From contig JBBCKI010000051.1 in the NCBI GenBank assembly GCA_037190965.1, positions 1 to 20,898 on the forward strand: a DNA stretch of 20,898 bases, in the 5' to 3' direction. Position 1 is the stretch's first letter; every line of letters starts with the position of its first letter. The notes beneath the pieces are model-generated. The model saw nothing but the letters and a program-made list of their open reading frames with translations, was not told the origin of the DNA and searched no databases. This DNA is from Chthoniobacteraceae bacterium. Its GTDB lineage: Bacteria; Verrucomicrobiota; Verrucomicrobiia; Chthoniobacterales; Chthoniobacteraceae. Shown piece by piece: positions 9,525 to 18,494 of the stretch. The position numbers and the translations under genes are program-made.

Positions 9525-10129
9525 AACGGCTCTCACTGGCATTCGGCCTCCTTGCGCTGTCGGGATGCTCTCCGAGGGTTCCCGCCGAAAGCACCAATGT
9601 GACGGAGGCGGCATCGGCAAGCCCGATGCCGTCTCCCATCGTGGAGGAACCCGTGCGCCCCGACCGGCAAACCATCCTCACGGTGGGACGCAAACTGATC
9701 GGGACCACGGAAGCCACCGGCAAGAACGACGGCCCGGTGATCGAGGCGATCCAGAAGGCGGCGGGGATCGGAAAGGGGGATCCTTACTGTGCGGCGTTCA
9801 ATTATTGGTGTTACCGGGAAGCGGACGCGGCGGCCTATGTGCCGAGGTCGGGGTGGTCGCCGGATTGGGTGTCGAAGCCGACCTGGAGGCAGGGTAACGG
9901 GCGCACGCCCCGACCGGCGGATGCGTTTGGAATCTGGTTCTCCAGCAAAGGACGCGTGGCGCATACGGGCTTGATCGAGGACTGGGGCGAATCCTCGGCG
10001 GTAACGATCGAGGCCAACACGAGCCCAAGCGCGGAGTTTGGGGCGGCGGGCGACCGCGATGGGGACGGGATCTGGCGCAAGCGGAGGCTGATCCGCCAGA
10101 TCTACGCGGTACGGGATTGGATTGAGTGA
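9521..10129 (+). CDS. CHAP-domain peptidoglycan hydrolase (endolysin-like) with lipoprotein signal
   Basis: 202 aa from ATG 9521. MKRLSLAFGLLALSGC lipobox and a Pro/Ser linker, then IGTTEATGKNDGP, GDPYCAAF (catalytic Cys), VAHTGLI (His) and TIEANT. Confidence 0.8.
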   Translation: MKRLSLAFGLLALSGCSPRVPAESTNVTEAASASPMPSPIVEEPVRPDRQTILTVGRKLIGTTEATGKNDGPVIEAIQKAAGIGKGDPYCAAFNYWCYREADAAAYVPRSGWSPDWVSKPTWRQGNGRTPRPADAFGIWFSSKGRVAHTGLIEDWGESSAVTIEANTSPSAEFGAAGDRDGDGIWRKRRLIRQIYAVRDWIE

Positions 10130-10138
10130 GAATGCTTT

Positions 10139-10166
10139 TTCACTCCTCGTTTTCCCGTGCTAGGCT
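10139..10166 (+). promoter_or_regulatory. Putative extended -10 promoter of the U32 gene
   Basis: TGC-TAGGCT (10158-10166) ending 9 nt before ATG 10176, with TTCACT at 10139-10144. Confidence 0.4.
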
Positions 10167-10175
10167 TCGAGGTCC

Positions 10176-12620
10176 ATGAAATTGAACCCGGAACTCCTCG
10201 CCCCCGCTGGCAATTGGGACTGTGTGCGCGCCGCCGTTGCAAATGGCGCGGACGCGGTCTTCTTTGGCCTGCCGCGCTTCAACGCCCGGCTGCGGGCGGA
10301 TAATTTCACCGAAGAGGAGCTTCCGCAGGTGGTCGCCTTCTGCCATCGCTACGGAGTCAAAGCCTACGTGACGTTGAACACGCTGGTTTTCACCGACGAA
10401 CTCGAAGGAGCGGCGGAATACCTCCGGGCCTTGAATCGGGCGGGCGTCGATGCGCTCATTGTGCAGGATATCGGGCTCGTGCGGCTCGCGCGCCAGATCG
10501 TGCCGGAACTGCCGATTCACGCTTCCACGCAAATGACCATCACTTCGCCGGAGGGAGCGGAGATTGTTCACCGCGAACTCGGCATCGACCGCGTGGTGCT
10601 TGCCCGCGAGCTTTCCTTGCGCGAGCTGGAGAAATTCCAGGCGGGCCAACATTCCTCGCTGGAGCTGGAGGTTTTCGTCCACGGGGCGCTTTGCGTCGCT
10701 TATTCGGGCCAGTGCCTTACCAGCGAATCGCTGGGACGCCGAAGCGCGAATCGCGGCGAATGCGCACAGGCGTGCCGCATGCCGTATGAACTGATTGTCG
10801 ATGGAGAAACCCGCGACCTCGGCGACAAACGTTACCTTCTCTCCCCGCAGGATCTCGCGGCGGTGGATGAAATCCCGAAGCTGATCGAAGCCGGGGTAGT
10901 TTCCTTTAAAGTCGAAGGCCGCCTCAAGTCGCCGGAGTATGTGGCCGCTGTCTGTCAGGTCTATCGCAAAGCGCTGGATGCGGCGCTCGCCGGGCGTGTC
11001 TGGAAAACCACGGCAGCCGACCGCTACCCGCTGGAAATGACCTTCTCCCGGGGGCTTTTCTCCGGCTGGATGCATGGCGTCAACCATCAGGAACTCGTCT
11101 CTGCCCGCTTCGGCAAAAAACGAGGGCCGTTCGTCGGGCGCATTGACCGCGTGGGCCGCGACTTCATCGAAGTGGCCACCCCCGAAACCGCGCTGAAGCC
11201 GGGGGATGGCGTTGTCTTCGACACCGGTGGCGACACCAACCAGGAGCAGGGAGGCCGCATCTTCGAACTCCGGGGCAACCGGCTTTTTTTCAAGCACGGG
11301 CACCTCGATTTTGGACGCCTGAAAGCCGGGGACCGGATCTGGAAGACCGACGACCCCGCGCTCAATGCCGAACTCAAAAAGAGCTTTACCGGGAAAATCA
11401 CGCCGCGCCGCCGCTCTGCCGTCGATCTCCGCGTTTCCGGTCGGGAGGGCGAACCGCTGGTCCTGGAGGCGCAATCGGGCGGGACCAACTTCCGCGTCGC
11501 CTCGCAAATCCCCCTGCAAGTGGCCCGGACCGCCCCGCTCTCCGAAGAGAAGCTGCGCGAACATCTCGGGCGTTTTGGCGAATCGGCGTTCTTCGCGGGG
11601 TCGTTTCAAAATGCGCTCGAAGGCGGCCTGATTCTTCCCATCGGCGAGTTGAACCGCGTACGCCGCGAACTGCTCTATCAGCTCGAAGCCGAGCATCCGC
11701 GCCCGGAACACGCCATGTCGATCCGGGAAATCCTCCGACCGTTTCGGGGAACCACCCCGGGAGAAGCGTCTCCACAGCTTGCGGTGCTTTGCCGAAGCTC
11801 GGAACAAATTGAAGCCGCTCTCCAATGTGGCATCGGGACGCTTTACGTCGATTTCGAAGACATCCGCCGTTACAAGGACGCCGTGACGCTCGTTCGCGGG
11901 CGGGCACCCTCCGCCACCATCTTCCTGGCGACGCCGCGCATTCAGAAGGCGGGCGAACAAGGGTTTTTCAAGCTGATCGAAAACGCCGCTCCGGATGGCG
12001 TCCTGGTGCGCAACCTCGGCGCGGCGGAATATTTCAAAGCTAGCCCGCTCAGGAAGATCGGCGATTTTTCGCTGAATGTCGCCAACCCGCTCACCGCCGA
12101 ATTCTTCATGGGCAAAGGGCTGGAGCGCGTGACCGTCTCCTACGATCTCAACTCCGGCCAGGTGCTCGCGCTTCTCGGCAATGCGCCCTCGGGATGGTTC
12201 GAGCTCACGATTCACCAGCACATGCCGATGTTTCATATGGAGCACTGCGTCTTCGCGGCGTTCATGTCGGAGGGCAAGTCGTTCCTCGATTGCGGCCGCC
12301 CGTGCGAAAGCCACCGCGTCCACTTGCGGGACCGCGTGGGAATGGAACATCCGCTGCGCGCGGACGTCGGCTGCCGCAACACGCTTTACAACGCCGTCGC
12401 GCAGACGGGCGCAGGATTCTTCCGCGATCTCGATGCGGCGGGGCTGCGGCATTACCGCGTGGAATTGCTGGAAGAGGACGCGGAAGAAACCCGGCGAATC
12501 CTGAATGCCTACCGGCAGCTTCTTGCCGGTGAAAAGGAGGGAAGCAGCCTCTGGCGGGAACTTGCCGCACAGTCGCAGTTGGGCGTCACCCGGGGCACCT
12601 ACCGCGACGATCTCGGATAG
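10176..12620 (+). CDS. Peptidase U32 family protein, long form with DUF3656-like region (RlhA-like RNA hydroxylation factor)
   Basis: PELLAPAG, NGADAVFFG, IHASTQMT, RVVLAREL, the Fe-S Cys motif EVFVHGALCVAYSGQC...NRGECAQACR, and FKVEGRLKSPEYV. 814 aa. Confidence 0.9.
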   Translation: MKLNPELLAPAGNWDCVRAAVANGADAVFFGLPRFNARLRADNFTEEELPQVVAFCHRYGVKAYVTLNTLVFTDELEGAAEYLRALNRAGVDALIVQDIGLVRLARQIVPELPIHASTQMTITSPEGAEIVHRELGIDRVVLARELSLRELEKFQAGQHSSLELEVFVHGALCVAYSGQCLTSESLGRRSANRGECAQACRMPYELIVDGETRDLGDKRYLLSPQDLAAVDEIPKLIEAGVVSFKVEGRLKSPEYVAAVCQVYRKALDAALAGRVWKTTAADRYPLEMTFSRGLFSGWMHGVNHQELVSARFGKKRGPFVGRIDRVGRDFIEVATPETALKPGDGVVFDTGGDTNQEQGGRIFELRGNRLFFKHGHLDFGRLKAGDRIWKTDDPALNAELKKSFTGKITPRRRSAVDLRVSGREGEPLVLEAQSGGTNFRVASQIPLQVARTAPLSEEKLREHLGRFGESAFFAGSFQNALEGGLILPIGELNRVRRELLYQLEAEHPRPEHAMSIREILRPFRGTTPGEASPQLAVLCRSSEQIEAALQCGIGTLYVDFEDIRRYKDAVTLVRGRAPSATIFLATPRIQKAGEQGFFKLIENAAPDGVLVRNLGAAEYFKASPLRKIGDFSLNVANPLTAEFFMGKGLERVTVSYDLNSGQVLALLGNAPSGWFELTIHQHMPMFHMEHCVFAAFMSEGKSFLDCGRPCESHRVHLRDRVGMEHPLRADVGCRNTLYNAVAQTGAGFFRDLDAAGLRHYRVELLEEDAEETRRILNAYRQLLAGEKEGSSLWRELAAQSQLGVTRGTYRDDLG

Positions 12621-12635
12621 CGCCGCCATGCACGG

Positions 12636-12790
12636 CCTCGTTCCCAAACTCTCTGTTTGGGAACGCCCATGTCTTCGAAACTCCAGTTTCGCAACCCTCT
12701 CCAGTTCCGGCACCCTGCAGGAGATGACAAGGCTTTCGAATCAGAGATTCGCGGACAGGGGCATTACCAATCTGGAGATTGGTAATGAGG
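12636..12790. repeat. 155-bp palindromic MITE/REP-like element, copy 2
   Basis: Same orientation and length as 1666-1820, about 92% identical. Confidence 0.9.
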
Positions 12791-12889
12791 AAAAAACCAA
12801 CGCTAATTGAGGAAACTCAGCGTCAGCCCTCCTGAGCAAGCGGGTGGATTGAGGAGAAAGGCAAAGGCGAGCGCCTTCGGCGTTCCCGG

Positions 12890-12954
12890 CGTCGCGGAAC
12901 TCCGCCCTCCGCCCGGAGGCGCTACCGCGCCGTGGTATTCGGAACTCCGCGACG
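12890..12954. repeat. REP-like inverted repeat between the convergent U32 and gspF-like genes
   Basis: cgtcgcggaactccg ... cggaactccgcgacg (13/15 complementary), enclosing the small hairpin cctccg-cc-cggagg. Confidence 0.5.
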
Positions 12955-12976
12955 ACGCACCTGACCGCAGACCCCC

Positions 12977-14200
12977 CTATCGGTGCAGCCCCGAGGCCGA
13001 TTTCATGATGCCGGTGATAATCGAGAGGGCGACGACGGTAATGATTCCCGCCATGACCACAACAATGGCAGGCTGAATGAGGGCGGTAAAACGGCTGATT
13101 CTCTTGTTAAGATCCTTGTCGTAACGAACGCCCGCCTTTTCCAGCGCGGACGCGGTTTTCCCCGTCTGCTCGCCGACGGAAACAATATCGATAAACACCG
13201 GGGGGAAAGCCCCCACCTGCCGTAGCGCGGCGGAAAACGCGGCCCCTTCGCCCACCAGCGAAACCACCCGTCCCAGTAACTCGCGCAGAAAAAGATTGGA
13301 CGTTGCGCGAGCCATCAGACGCAAGCCCGAGAGAAGCGGGACGCCGTTGCCGAGAAGATTGCCAAGCGTTTGTGCAAACTGGGTCAGAAAGCGCGTCTGT
13401 AAGACATCGCCCACCAGCGGAATACGAAGCTTCGTGCTATCCCACGCCAGCCTCCCCTCGGGCCGGGCCGTCCAGGTTTTGAACGCGCCAATCCCAGCAA
13501 TAACGAGCACCAATCCCACCCACCAGTAGCTCACACAAAAATCGCTCACTTCTATAAGCGCCCTCGTCATCAAAGGAAGCTTCTGCCCCGTCTTGCGAAA
13601 GAGCCCCATCAACTGGGGCACCAGCACCGTCATGAAAACCCCGATCAGGAGCACGCCCGCGCTCGCCATAAACGCCGGATAAATCAACGCGGAGACCACG
13701 CGCGATTGCAACTCCTGCGCCATGAGGAGATTGCCCAGGAGACTCCGGAGAATTTTCGGCAACGAGCCGCTCAGTTCCCCCGCGGCGATCATGTTGCAAT
13801 AGAGATCGTCAAAACTGGGCGAAACCTTTTTGAGAGCGACGGAAAGGCTGGTCCCCTCCCGCAGTTCATTTCGCAAAGCCTCGCTGACTTGCGCGAGCGC
13901 GGGATGATCCTGCCGCTCCTGCATGACGCGCAACGCCTGGTCGAGTTGCAACCCCGCTTCGACGAGATCGGATAGCTCCTCGGTAAACAGAATCACCTGC
14001 GTCCTCTTGAGCACAATCTTCTCCCCCGCGGCGGCTCCCGCCTCCGCCAGAGGCGCGATCTCCGCACCGCCTTCCACCGAGACCGGCTGGAGGTCCCTCG
14101 CCTCCAGTTCGCGGTAGACCTGAAGCCGGTTCTGGGCTTCGAGTTCCCCTGAAACCACCTGCCCTCCGGCATCGACCGCTTTGTAAGTAAACGCGGGCAT
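12977..14200 (-). CDS. gspF: Type II secretion system F family / PilC-like inner-membrane platform protein
   Basis: Start MPAFTYKAVD at 14200. LFTEELSDLVEAGL, AGELSGSL, ALIYPAF, LLGNGVPLL, VGEQTG and LIQPAIVV are T2SSF repeats with TM segments. 407 aa. Confidence 0.85.
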   Translation of the reverse strand: MPAFTYKAVDAGGQVVSGELEAQNRLQVYRELEARDLQPVSVEGGAEIAPLAEAGAAAGEKIVLKRTQVILFTEELSDLVEAGLQLDQALRVMQERQDHPALAQVSEALRNELREGTSLSVALKKVSPSFDDLYCNMIAAGELSGSLPKILRSLLGNLLMAQELQSRVVSALIYPAFMASAGVLLIGVFMTVLVPQLMGLFRKTGQKLPLMTRALIEVSDFCVSYWWVGLVLVIAGIGAFKTWTARPEGRLAWDSTKLRIPLVGDVLQTRFLTQFAQTLGNLLGNGVPLLSGLRLMARATSNLFLRELLGRVVSLVGEGAAFSAALRQVGAFPPVFIDIVSVGEQTGKTASALEKAGVRYDKDLNKRISRFTALIQPAIVVVMAGIITVVALSIITGIMKSASGLHR

Positions 14201-14204
14201 CGGC

Positions 14205-15923
14205 TTACGGCTTTGAATCGCCCGACGGTTCCGCACCGCCGTCGGCGTCGGTCCGGGTGAGCACTTCATCCACGGTCGTCATCCCCTCGCCCACCTTGCG
14301 GAAACCGTAGGCCCGCAGCGGCACCATTCCCTCCTCCAAAGCGCAGGCCCGCAACGCGGACATTTGCGCCCGCTGGCTGACCAACTCCTGAAGGCGCGGC
14401 GTGATCCGGCAGATCTCCAGAATGGCGGCCCGCCCCGTGTAACCGGTGTGGCGGCATTCGCGACAACCTACGGCCTGATGAATCCCCCCCTTGTACTCCA
14501 GAGGGAACCCAATGGAGCGGAGATAATCATCGCCGGGCGTGGCGGGAGCCTTGCATGCCGGGCAGAGCACCCGCACAAGCCGTTGGGCAATGAAGGCCCT
14601 CACCGCCGAAGCGATCAGGAACGGCTCGATCCCCATATCCATCAGACGCATGATGCCGCCGACGGCGTTGTTCGTATGCAGCGTGCTGAAAACAAGGTGC
14701 CCGGTGAGCGCGCCGCGAATGGCGATCTCCGCCGTCTCGAGATCGCGCATCTCGCCAACCATGATGACGTTGGGATCTCCACGCAGGATACTCCGCAGCC
14801 CGCCCGCGAAGGTAAGGTTGATCTCCGGCTTCACGGCAATTTGTACCACCCCGGGGAGCTTGTATTCCACGGGGTCCTCGATCGTCACGATGCGGCGATG
14901 CTTGGTGTTGAGCGATTTCAGGAACGTGTAGAGCGTCGTCGATTTGCCTGAGCCGGTCGGCCCGGTGAGCAGCACGATGCCATTGGGCTTGCCAAGCAGC
15001 TCGCGCACGACGTTCTCCGTATGCTCGTCGAGGCCGAGTTGCTCGAAGTCAAAGCGATCCTGAGACAAAAGCCGCAGGCTGACGCTCTCCCCAAAGACGG
15101 AGGGAATCGTGGCGACGCGTACGTCAATTGGCGAGCCGTCGAGTTCCAGATTGATGCGGCCATCCTGCGGCAGACGCCGTTCGGCGATGTCGAGATGCGC
15201 CATGATCTTGAGGCGCGAAATCAGCGAAGCCTGAAGCATCCGGATATTGGGCGGAATCGTAATTTCCTGAAGCGCCCCGTCGATGCGATAACGGATGCGG
15301 AGATCGTCCTCCAACGGCTCAATATGAATATCGGTGGCGCGTTCGCGAAGGGCTTCGCGAAACACCTGATTCACGAAACTCATGACGGAGGCATTCTCAT
15401 CCTCTTCGTCGAGCACGGTGACTTCCTGCTTGAGATCGGCGAGTTGCTCTTCGAGGTCCTGACTTTCGAGGATCTTCTCGAAATTCTCCGCCCCAACGCC
15501 GTACCCCTGCTTGAGCGCCTCCAGGATGCTCCGCCGGGTGGACATCGCCCAGCGAACGTCCTTGGGAACCGCCTGCGCCACTGCCTGCTTGGCGATGAGG
15601 TTAAGGGGATCGTAAGTCAGCAGGCGCACTTCGTGGGCCTCCAGCCGGGAGGGCACGATCCGGTGGCGAATAGCCACGGTGGCGGGGAACTTGTCGTGCA
15701 AAGGTTTGGAGAGGTCGAGCTCCGGGCGGGACTGCCACTCGAAGCCGAGCAGGCCGCTCAACCCTTCCAGAAAGGAGGCCTCGTCCACAAGGTGTTCATC
15801 GAGCAAGGCGTCAACCATGGAGCCTTGCCGTTGCACCGCCTTATGGACTGCCTTCTCGCATGCGGCACGGTCAGACGCGCCATGGAGCATGGCCAAATCC
15901 AGGAAACGATCAACAAATGACAT
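14205..15923 (-). CDS. gspE: GspE/PulE/PilB family secretion ATPase
   Basis: ATDIHIEP, LDIAERRLPQDG, Walker A GPTGSGKST, TIEDPVEY, MVGEMRD, TGHLVFSTLHTN and the tetracysteine motif CPAC...CREC. Confidence 0.9.
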   Translation of the reverse strand: MSFVDRFLDLAMLHGASDRAACEKAVHKAVQRQGSMVDALLDEHLVDEASFLEGLSGLLGFEWQSRPELDLSKPLHDKFPATVAIRHRIVPSRLEAHEVRLLTYDPLNLIAKQAVAQAVPKDVRWAMSTRRSILEALKQGYGVGAENFEKILESQDLEEQLADLKQEVTVLDEEDENASVMSFVNQVFREALRERATDIHIEPLEDDLRIRYRIDGALQEITIPPNIRMLQASLISRLKIMAHLDIAERRLPQDGRINLELDGSPIDVRVATIPSVFGESVSLRLLSQDRFDFEQLGLDEHTENVVRELLGKPNGIVLLTGPTGSGKSTTLYTFLKSLNTKHRRIVTIEDPVEYKLPGVVQIAVKPEINLTFAGGLRSILRGDPNVIMVGEMRDLETAEIAIRGALTGHLVFSTLHTNNAVGGIMRLMDMGIEPFLIASAVRAFIAQRLVRVLCPACKAPATPGDDYLRSIGFPLEYKGGIHQAVGCRECRHTGYTGRAAILEICRITPRLQELVSQRAQMSALRACALEEGMVPLRAYGFRKVGEGMTTVDEVLTRTDADGGAEPSGDSKP

Positions 15924-16062
15924 GGAGGGGAATATCGGGGAGCGCGTGAAGGGAACTGGAACAGGAAAGGCGGAACATTACAGCTTTCCGCCCCCTGATC
16001 GAGATGAAACCGCGCTGAACCGGAAAGTTGCAAAAAAACACCCGGAACCCTCCGGCAGAAGC

Positions 16063-17040
16063 CTACTGCAATCCTGGGTTCAAGGTAGTCCGGATCGAAC
16101 GGAGCAGAAACCCATCCACCCGCCCCGTTATGGGGAGACCGTTCTGGAACTGGTAATTGCGAATGGCGGCGCGGGTCAACTCACCCGCAAACCCGTCGAC
16201 CGGCCCCCGATAATAGCCTTGCTGAAAAAGCGCGGACTGAACCGCGGCCGTCGGCACTCCCCCGCTCGGCACTGTGAAAGGGCCGTTGACTCCGAAAGTC
16301 CCAAAGGGCTGAAAACCATTCCGGTGCCCTTGGAAATAGGGGAAACTCGTTTCATCGGTGACCCGGAAACGGTCATCGTTGTCCCAGTTTCCGTTCCCAT
16401 TCCAGTTTCCGTTCCCATTCCAGTCCCTCCTGTCGCTGACCCTGCGAGTAGGCTCAGGGAAAAATGTCGCGGGGATTCCAAAGGGGCTTGTCGTCTGCCT
16501 CCAACCGCCTCGGTAATAGGGCGTATCATAATTCGCATCGAACCCGAAGTCCTGGAAGTTATGCGGGAAAGTCGTCGCTCCAAAGAACCTGTTATCACCG
16601 CGTCGGTCGGACCGCCTGTGGTCGAAGTGGCCGTCGCCTCCCTGGGAACCGCGATACTGCCCATTGGATTGGTAAACCGGAAGGGCGCGCCTGACCACGA
16701 CATCCCGCTGAGCTCGAGCTACTGAAGGAACGAAATTGCCGCCCGACTGAACTGCGTTCCCACGAAAATTTGCGCCACCCGGTACCGCGTTGCCTCGAGA
16801 GCTGACACCCTTCGGGACCGCCGTGTTCCCGCGAAAATTTGTGCCCCCTGGGACAGTGTTTCCGCGAAGGTTAACCCCACCGAAAGCTCCACCTCCGCGA
16901 AGACCTCCGCCATTAAAACCGCCGGCGACGGCACCTCCGCCGGCGCCTCCAACAGCACCGCTGCCGCCAGCCGCCATCCCCTGCGTGGACAGCCCTCCCA
17001 TTACTAGCGCCAACAAAGGAAAAATCTTAAGCAGTTTCAT
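16063..17040 (-). CDS. Secreted Gly/Asn-rich protein with C-terminal peptidoglycan-binding domain (PG_binding_1-like)
   Basis: Signal peptide MKLLKIFPLLALVMGGLSTQGMA from ATG 17040 and a low-complexity repeat region. C-terminal VQSALFQQGYYRGPVDGFAGELTRAAIRNYQFQNGLPITGRVD. Confidence 0.85.
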   Translation of the reverse strand: MKLLKIFPLLALVMGGLSTQGMAAGGSGAVGGAGGGAVAGGFNGGGLRGGGAFGGVNLRGNTVPGGTNFRGNTAVPKGVSSRGNAVPGGANFRGNAVQSGGNFVPSVARAQRDVVVRRALPVYQSNGQYRGSQGGDGHFDHRRSDRRGDNRFFGATTFPHNFQDFGFDANYDTPYYRGGWRQTTSPFGIPATFFPEPTRRVSDRRDWNGNGNWNGNGNWDNDDRFRVTDETSFPYFQGHRNGFQPFGTFGVNGPFTVPSGGVPTAAVQSALFQQGYYRGPVDGFAGELTRAAIRNYQFQNGLPITGRVDGFLLRSIRTTLNPGLQ

Positions 17041-17264
17041 ACTAACCAAAGTTCGGCAATGATGTGCCATTCCGGCGGCCACCCCCGGCAGAAAAATTCA
17101 TCCTCGATGCCTCCCCTAGGCTCAAGATGCCCTTGAGGAGCGAAAGCATCCACGGTGAAGCCGTTTCGATTCTCCTCTGGAAACCGCCTCGGAACGTACT
17201 ATCCTTTAGAAGGAGGTTGGAGTCTGCGACTCATGGAATACCGCGTCAGGCTCCCGGAAAAACC

Positions 17265-18479
17265 ATGAAACCCGATGATCCTTCCATTCCGCTGACGCCC
17301 CATCACGGCGGACCCGAACGCCGTACCCAGCCGGAGCCTTTGGAACGAAAGCGCTCCGGGGTTTTTCTCGGAACCTATAGAGGTATCCGCTTTTATCTGG
17401 ACTATTCGTGGTTCATTATCGCCGCGCTGGTCGGCTATCTCCTCTCCGTCGCCACCTTCCCGGCCCTGCTGGCGGGCCGCCCCCCGGGGGTTTACATTGC
17501 CATGGGCGTGATCGCCGCGGTGCTCTTTTTCTTTTCCATCGTCTTGCATGAACTTGGGCACAGCATCGTCAGCCAGCGATGCAATATTCCCGTACCGAGC
17601 ATCACGCTTCTCTTCATTGGAGGGATTGCGGAGATCTCGAGGGAGCCTGACGATCCCCGCTCCGAACTGAAGATCGCCCTCGCTGGTCCGGCTGTTTCGC
17701 TGATCCTCGTAGCGATCTATCTGGCATTGGGGTGGGTTGCAGGGGTCGCCCAGTTTCCGGAAGCGCGGTTGGTCCTTCTATGGCTGGCGCAGGTGAATCT
17801 CGTCCTGGTCATCTTCAACGCCATTCCCGGCTACCCGCTCGACGGCGGCAGGGTTCTGCGGGCCCTGCTCTGGATGCGCAGCGGCAATCTGAGAAAGGCG
17901 ACCTACATCACCTCCCGCATCGGCATCGGCTTCAGCCTGTTCCTGATTATCATGGGCGTATTTACCCTTTTTGCGGGAGCCTGGAATGGATTCGTCCTTA
18001 TCCTGATCGGCGTTTTTCTCAAAAATGCCGCGGAGAGCGGCTACTCACAAGCCCTCTTCAAGGAGGTTCTGGAAGGGGTGAAAGTGTCCAACCTGATGAC
18101 CCCGAACCCGATCTCCATCCCCGCGCGGCTCCCGCTCAATCTTGTCGTAGACGATTACTTCCTGACCAATCATCACGTCGCGTTCCCGGTGGTGGACGAT
18201 GGAGGCAAGTTCCTGGGGCTTCTCCGGCTGGAGTTTCTTAAGAAGGTTCCACGCGAAAAATGGCCTTACACGCTGGCGGGAGAGATTGCCGACCTCCCGG
18301 AAGGGCGCAACCTGCGGCTCGATGCCGATGCGGATGCAGGGGTGGCGCTACGAATCCTGCTCACCTCAGGGCAGGGCCGCCTTGGCGTGACTGACAGCGA
18401 CGGCAAACTGGCCGGCATCGTGACCCGCCATGATCTGCTCCATTACATCCGCATCCATCACGAACTGGAAAAGCCCTGA
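17265..18479 (+). CDS. Site-2 protease (M50 family) with C-terminal CBS domain pair
   Basis: HELGH zinc motif, IALAGP, FNAIPGYPLDGGRVL and multiple TM segments, followed by CBS motifs VSNLMTPNP, FPVVDDGGKFLGLL and LAGIVTRHDLL. The likely start is ATG 17265 rather than 17064. Confidence 0.92.
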   Translation: MKPDDPSIPLTPHHGGPERRTQPEPLERKRSGVFLGTYRGIRFYLDYSWFIIAALVGYLLSVATFPALLAGRPPGVYIAMGVIAAVLFFFSIVLHELGHSIVSQRCNIPVPSITLLFIGGIAEISREPDDPRSELKIALAGPAVSLILVAIYLALGWVAGVAQFPEARLVLLWLAQVNLVLVIFNAIPGYPLDGGRVLRALLWMRSGNLRKATYITSRIGIGFSLFLIIMGVFTLFAGAWNGFVLILIGVFLKNAAESGYSQALFKEVLEGVKVSNLMTPNPISIPARLPLNLVVDDYFLTNHHVAFPVVDDGGKFLGLLRLEFLKKVPREKWPYTLAGEIADLPEGRNLRLDADADAGVALRILLTSGQGRLGVTDSDGKLAGIVTRHDLLHYIRIHHELEKP

Positions 18480-18494
18480 TCGCCGCGAAGAATC

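Larger units (their letters stand above)
6731..10129 (+). mobile_element. Phage-derived late-gene/lysis cassette (prophage remnant or domesticated module)
   Basis: Seven co-directional ORFs joined by ATGA overlaps at 7144, 7932, 8309, 8518, 9069 and 9521. They include holin-like, spanin-like and CHAP endolysin-like products. The 5' part is lower in GC than flanking genes. No integrase, capsid or terminase gene. Confidence 0.7.

Noticed and set aside
6320..10175. attL/attR direct repeats or a tRNA target flanking the cassette
   Set aside because: Only a short tgctttt match was seen on both sides, which is not significant. No tRNA cloverleaf was seen.
10140..12713. 857-aa antisense ORF, and similar long shadow ORFs such as 2280-3452, 96-932, 15021-15920 and 15679-16725
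   Set aside because: They lie opposite well-supported genes and have no motifs. Long antisense frames are expected from high-GC codon bias.
17055..17069. TGGCAC..TTGC on the minus strand (sigma54-like), also GGCAATGATG on the plus strand (fluoride riboswitch-like start)
   Set aside because: The GG-to-GC spacing is 9 nt rather than the required 10, and the downstream conserved part of the fluoride riboswitch is absent.
17107..17165. Possible branched RNA structure (gatgc/gcatc, ctcaag/cttgag, acgg/ccgt)
   Set aside because: The stems are short and expected by chance at this GC content. I recognise no riboswitch or ribozyme core.
17064..17264. N-terminal extensions in the ORF track for the M50 protease (also gspF to 14269, the PG-binding protein to 17082, and cassette ORFs from 8285, 8473, 9012 and 9497)
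   Set aside because: Downstream ATGs fit better with signal peptides, family N-termini or ATGA coupling.
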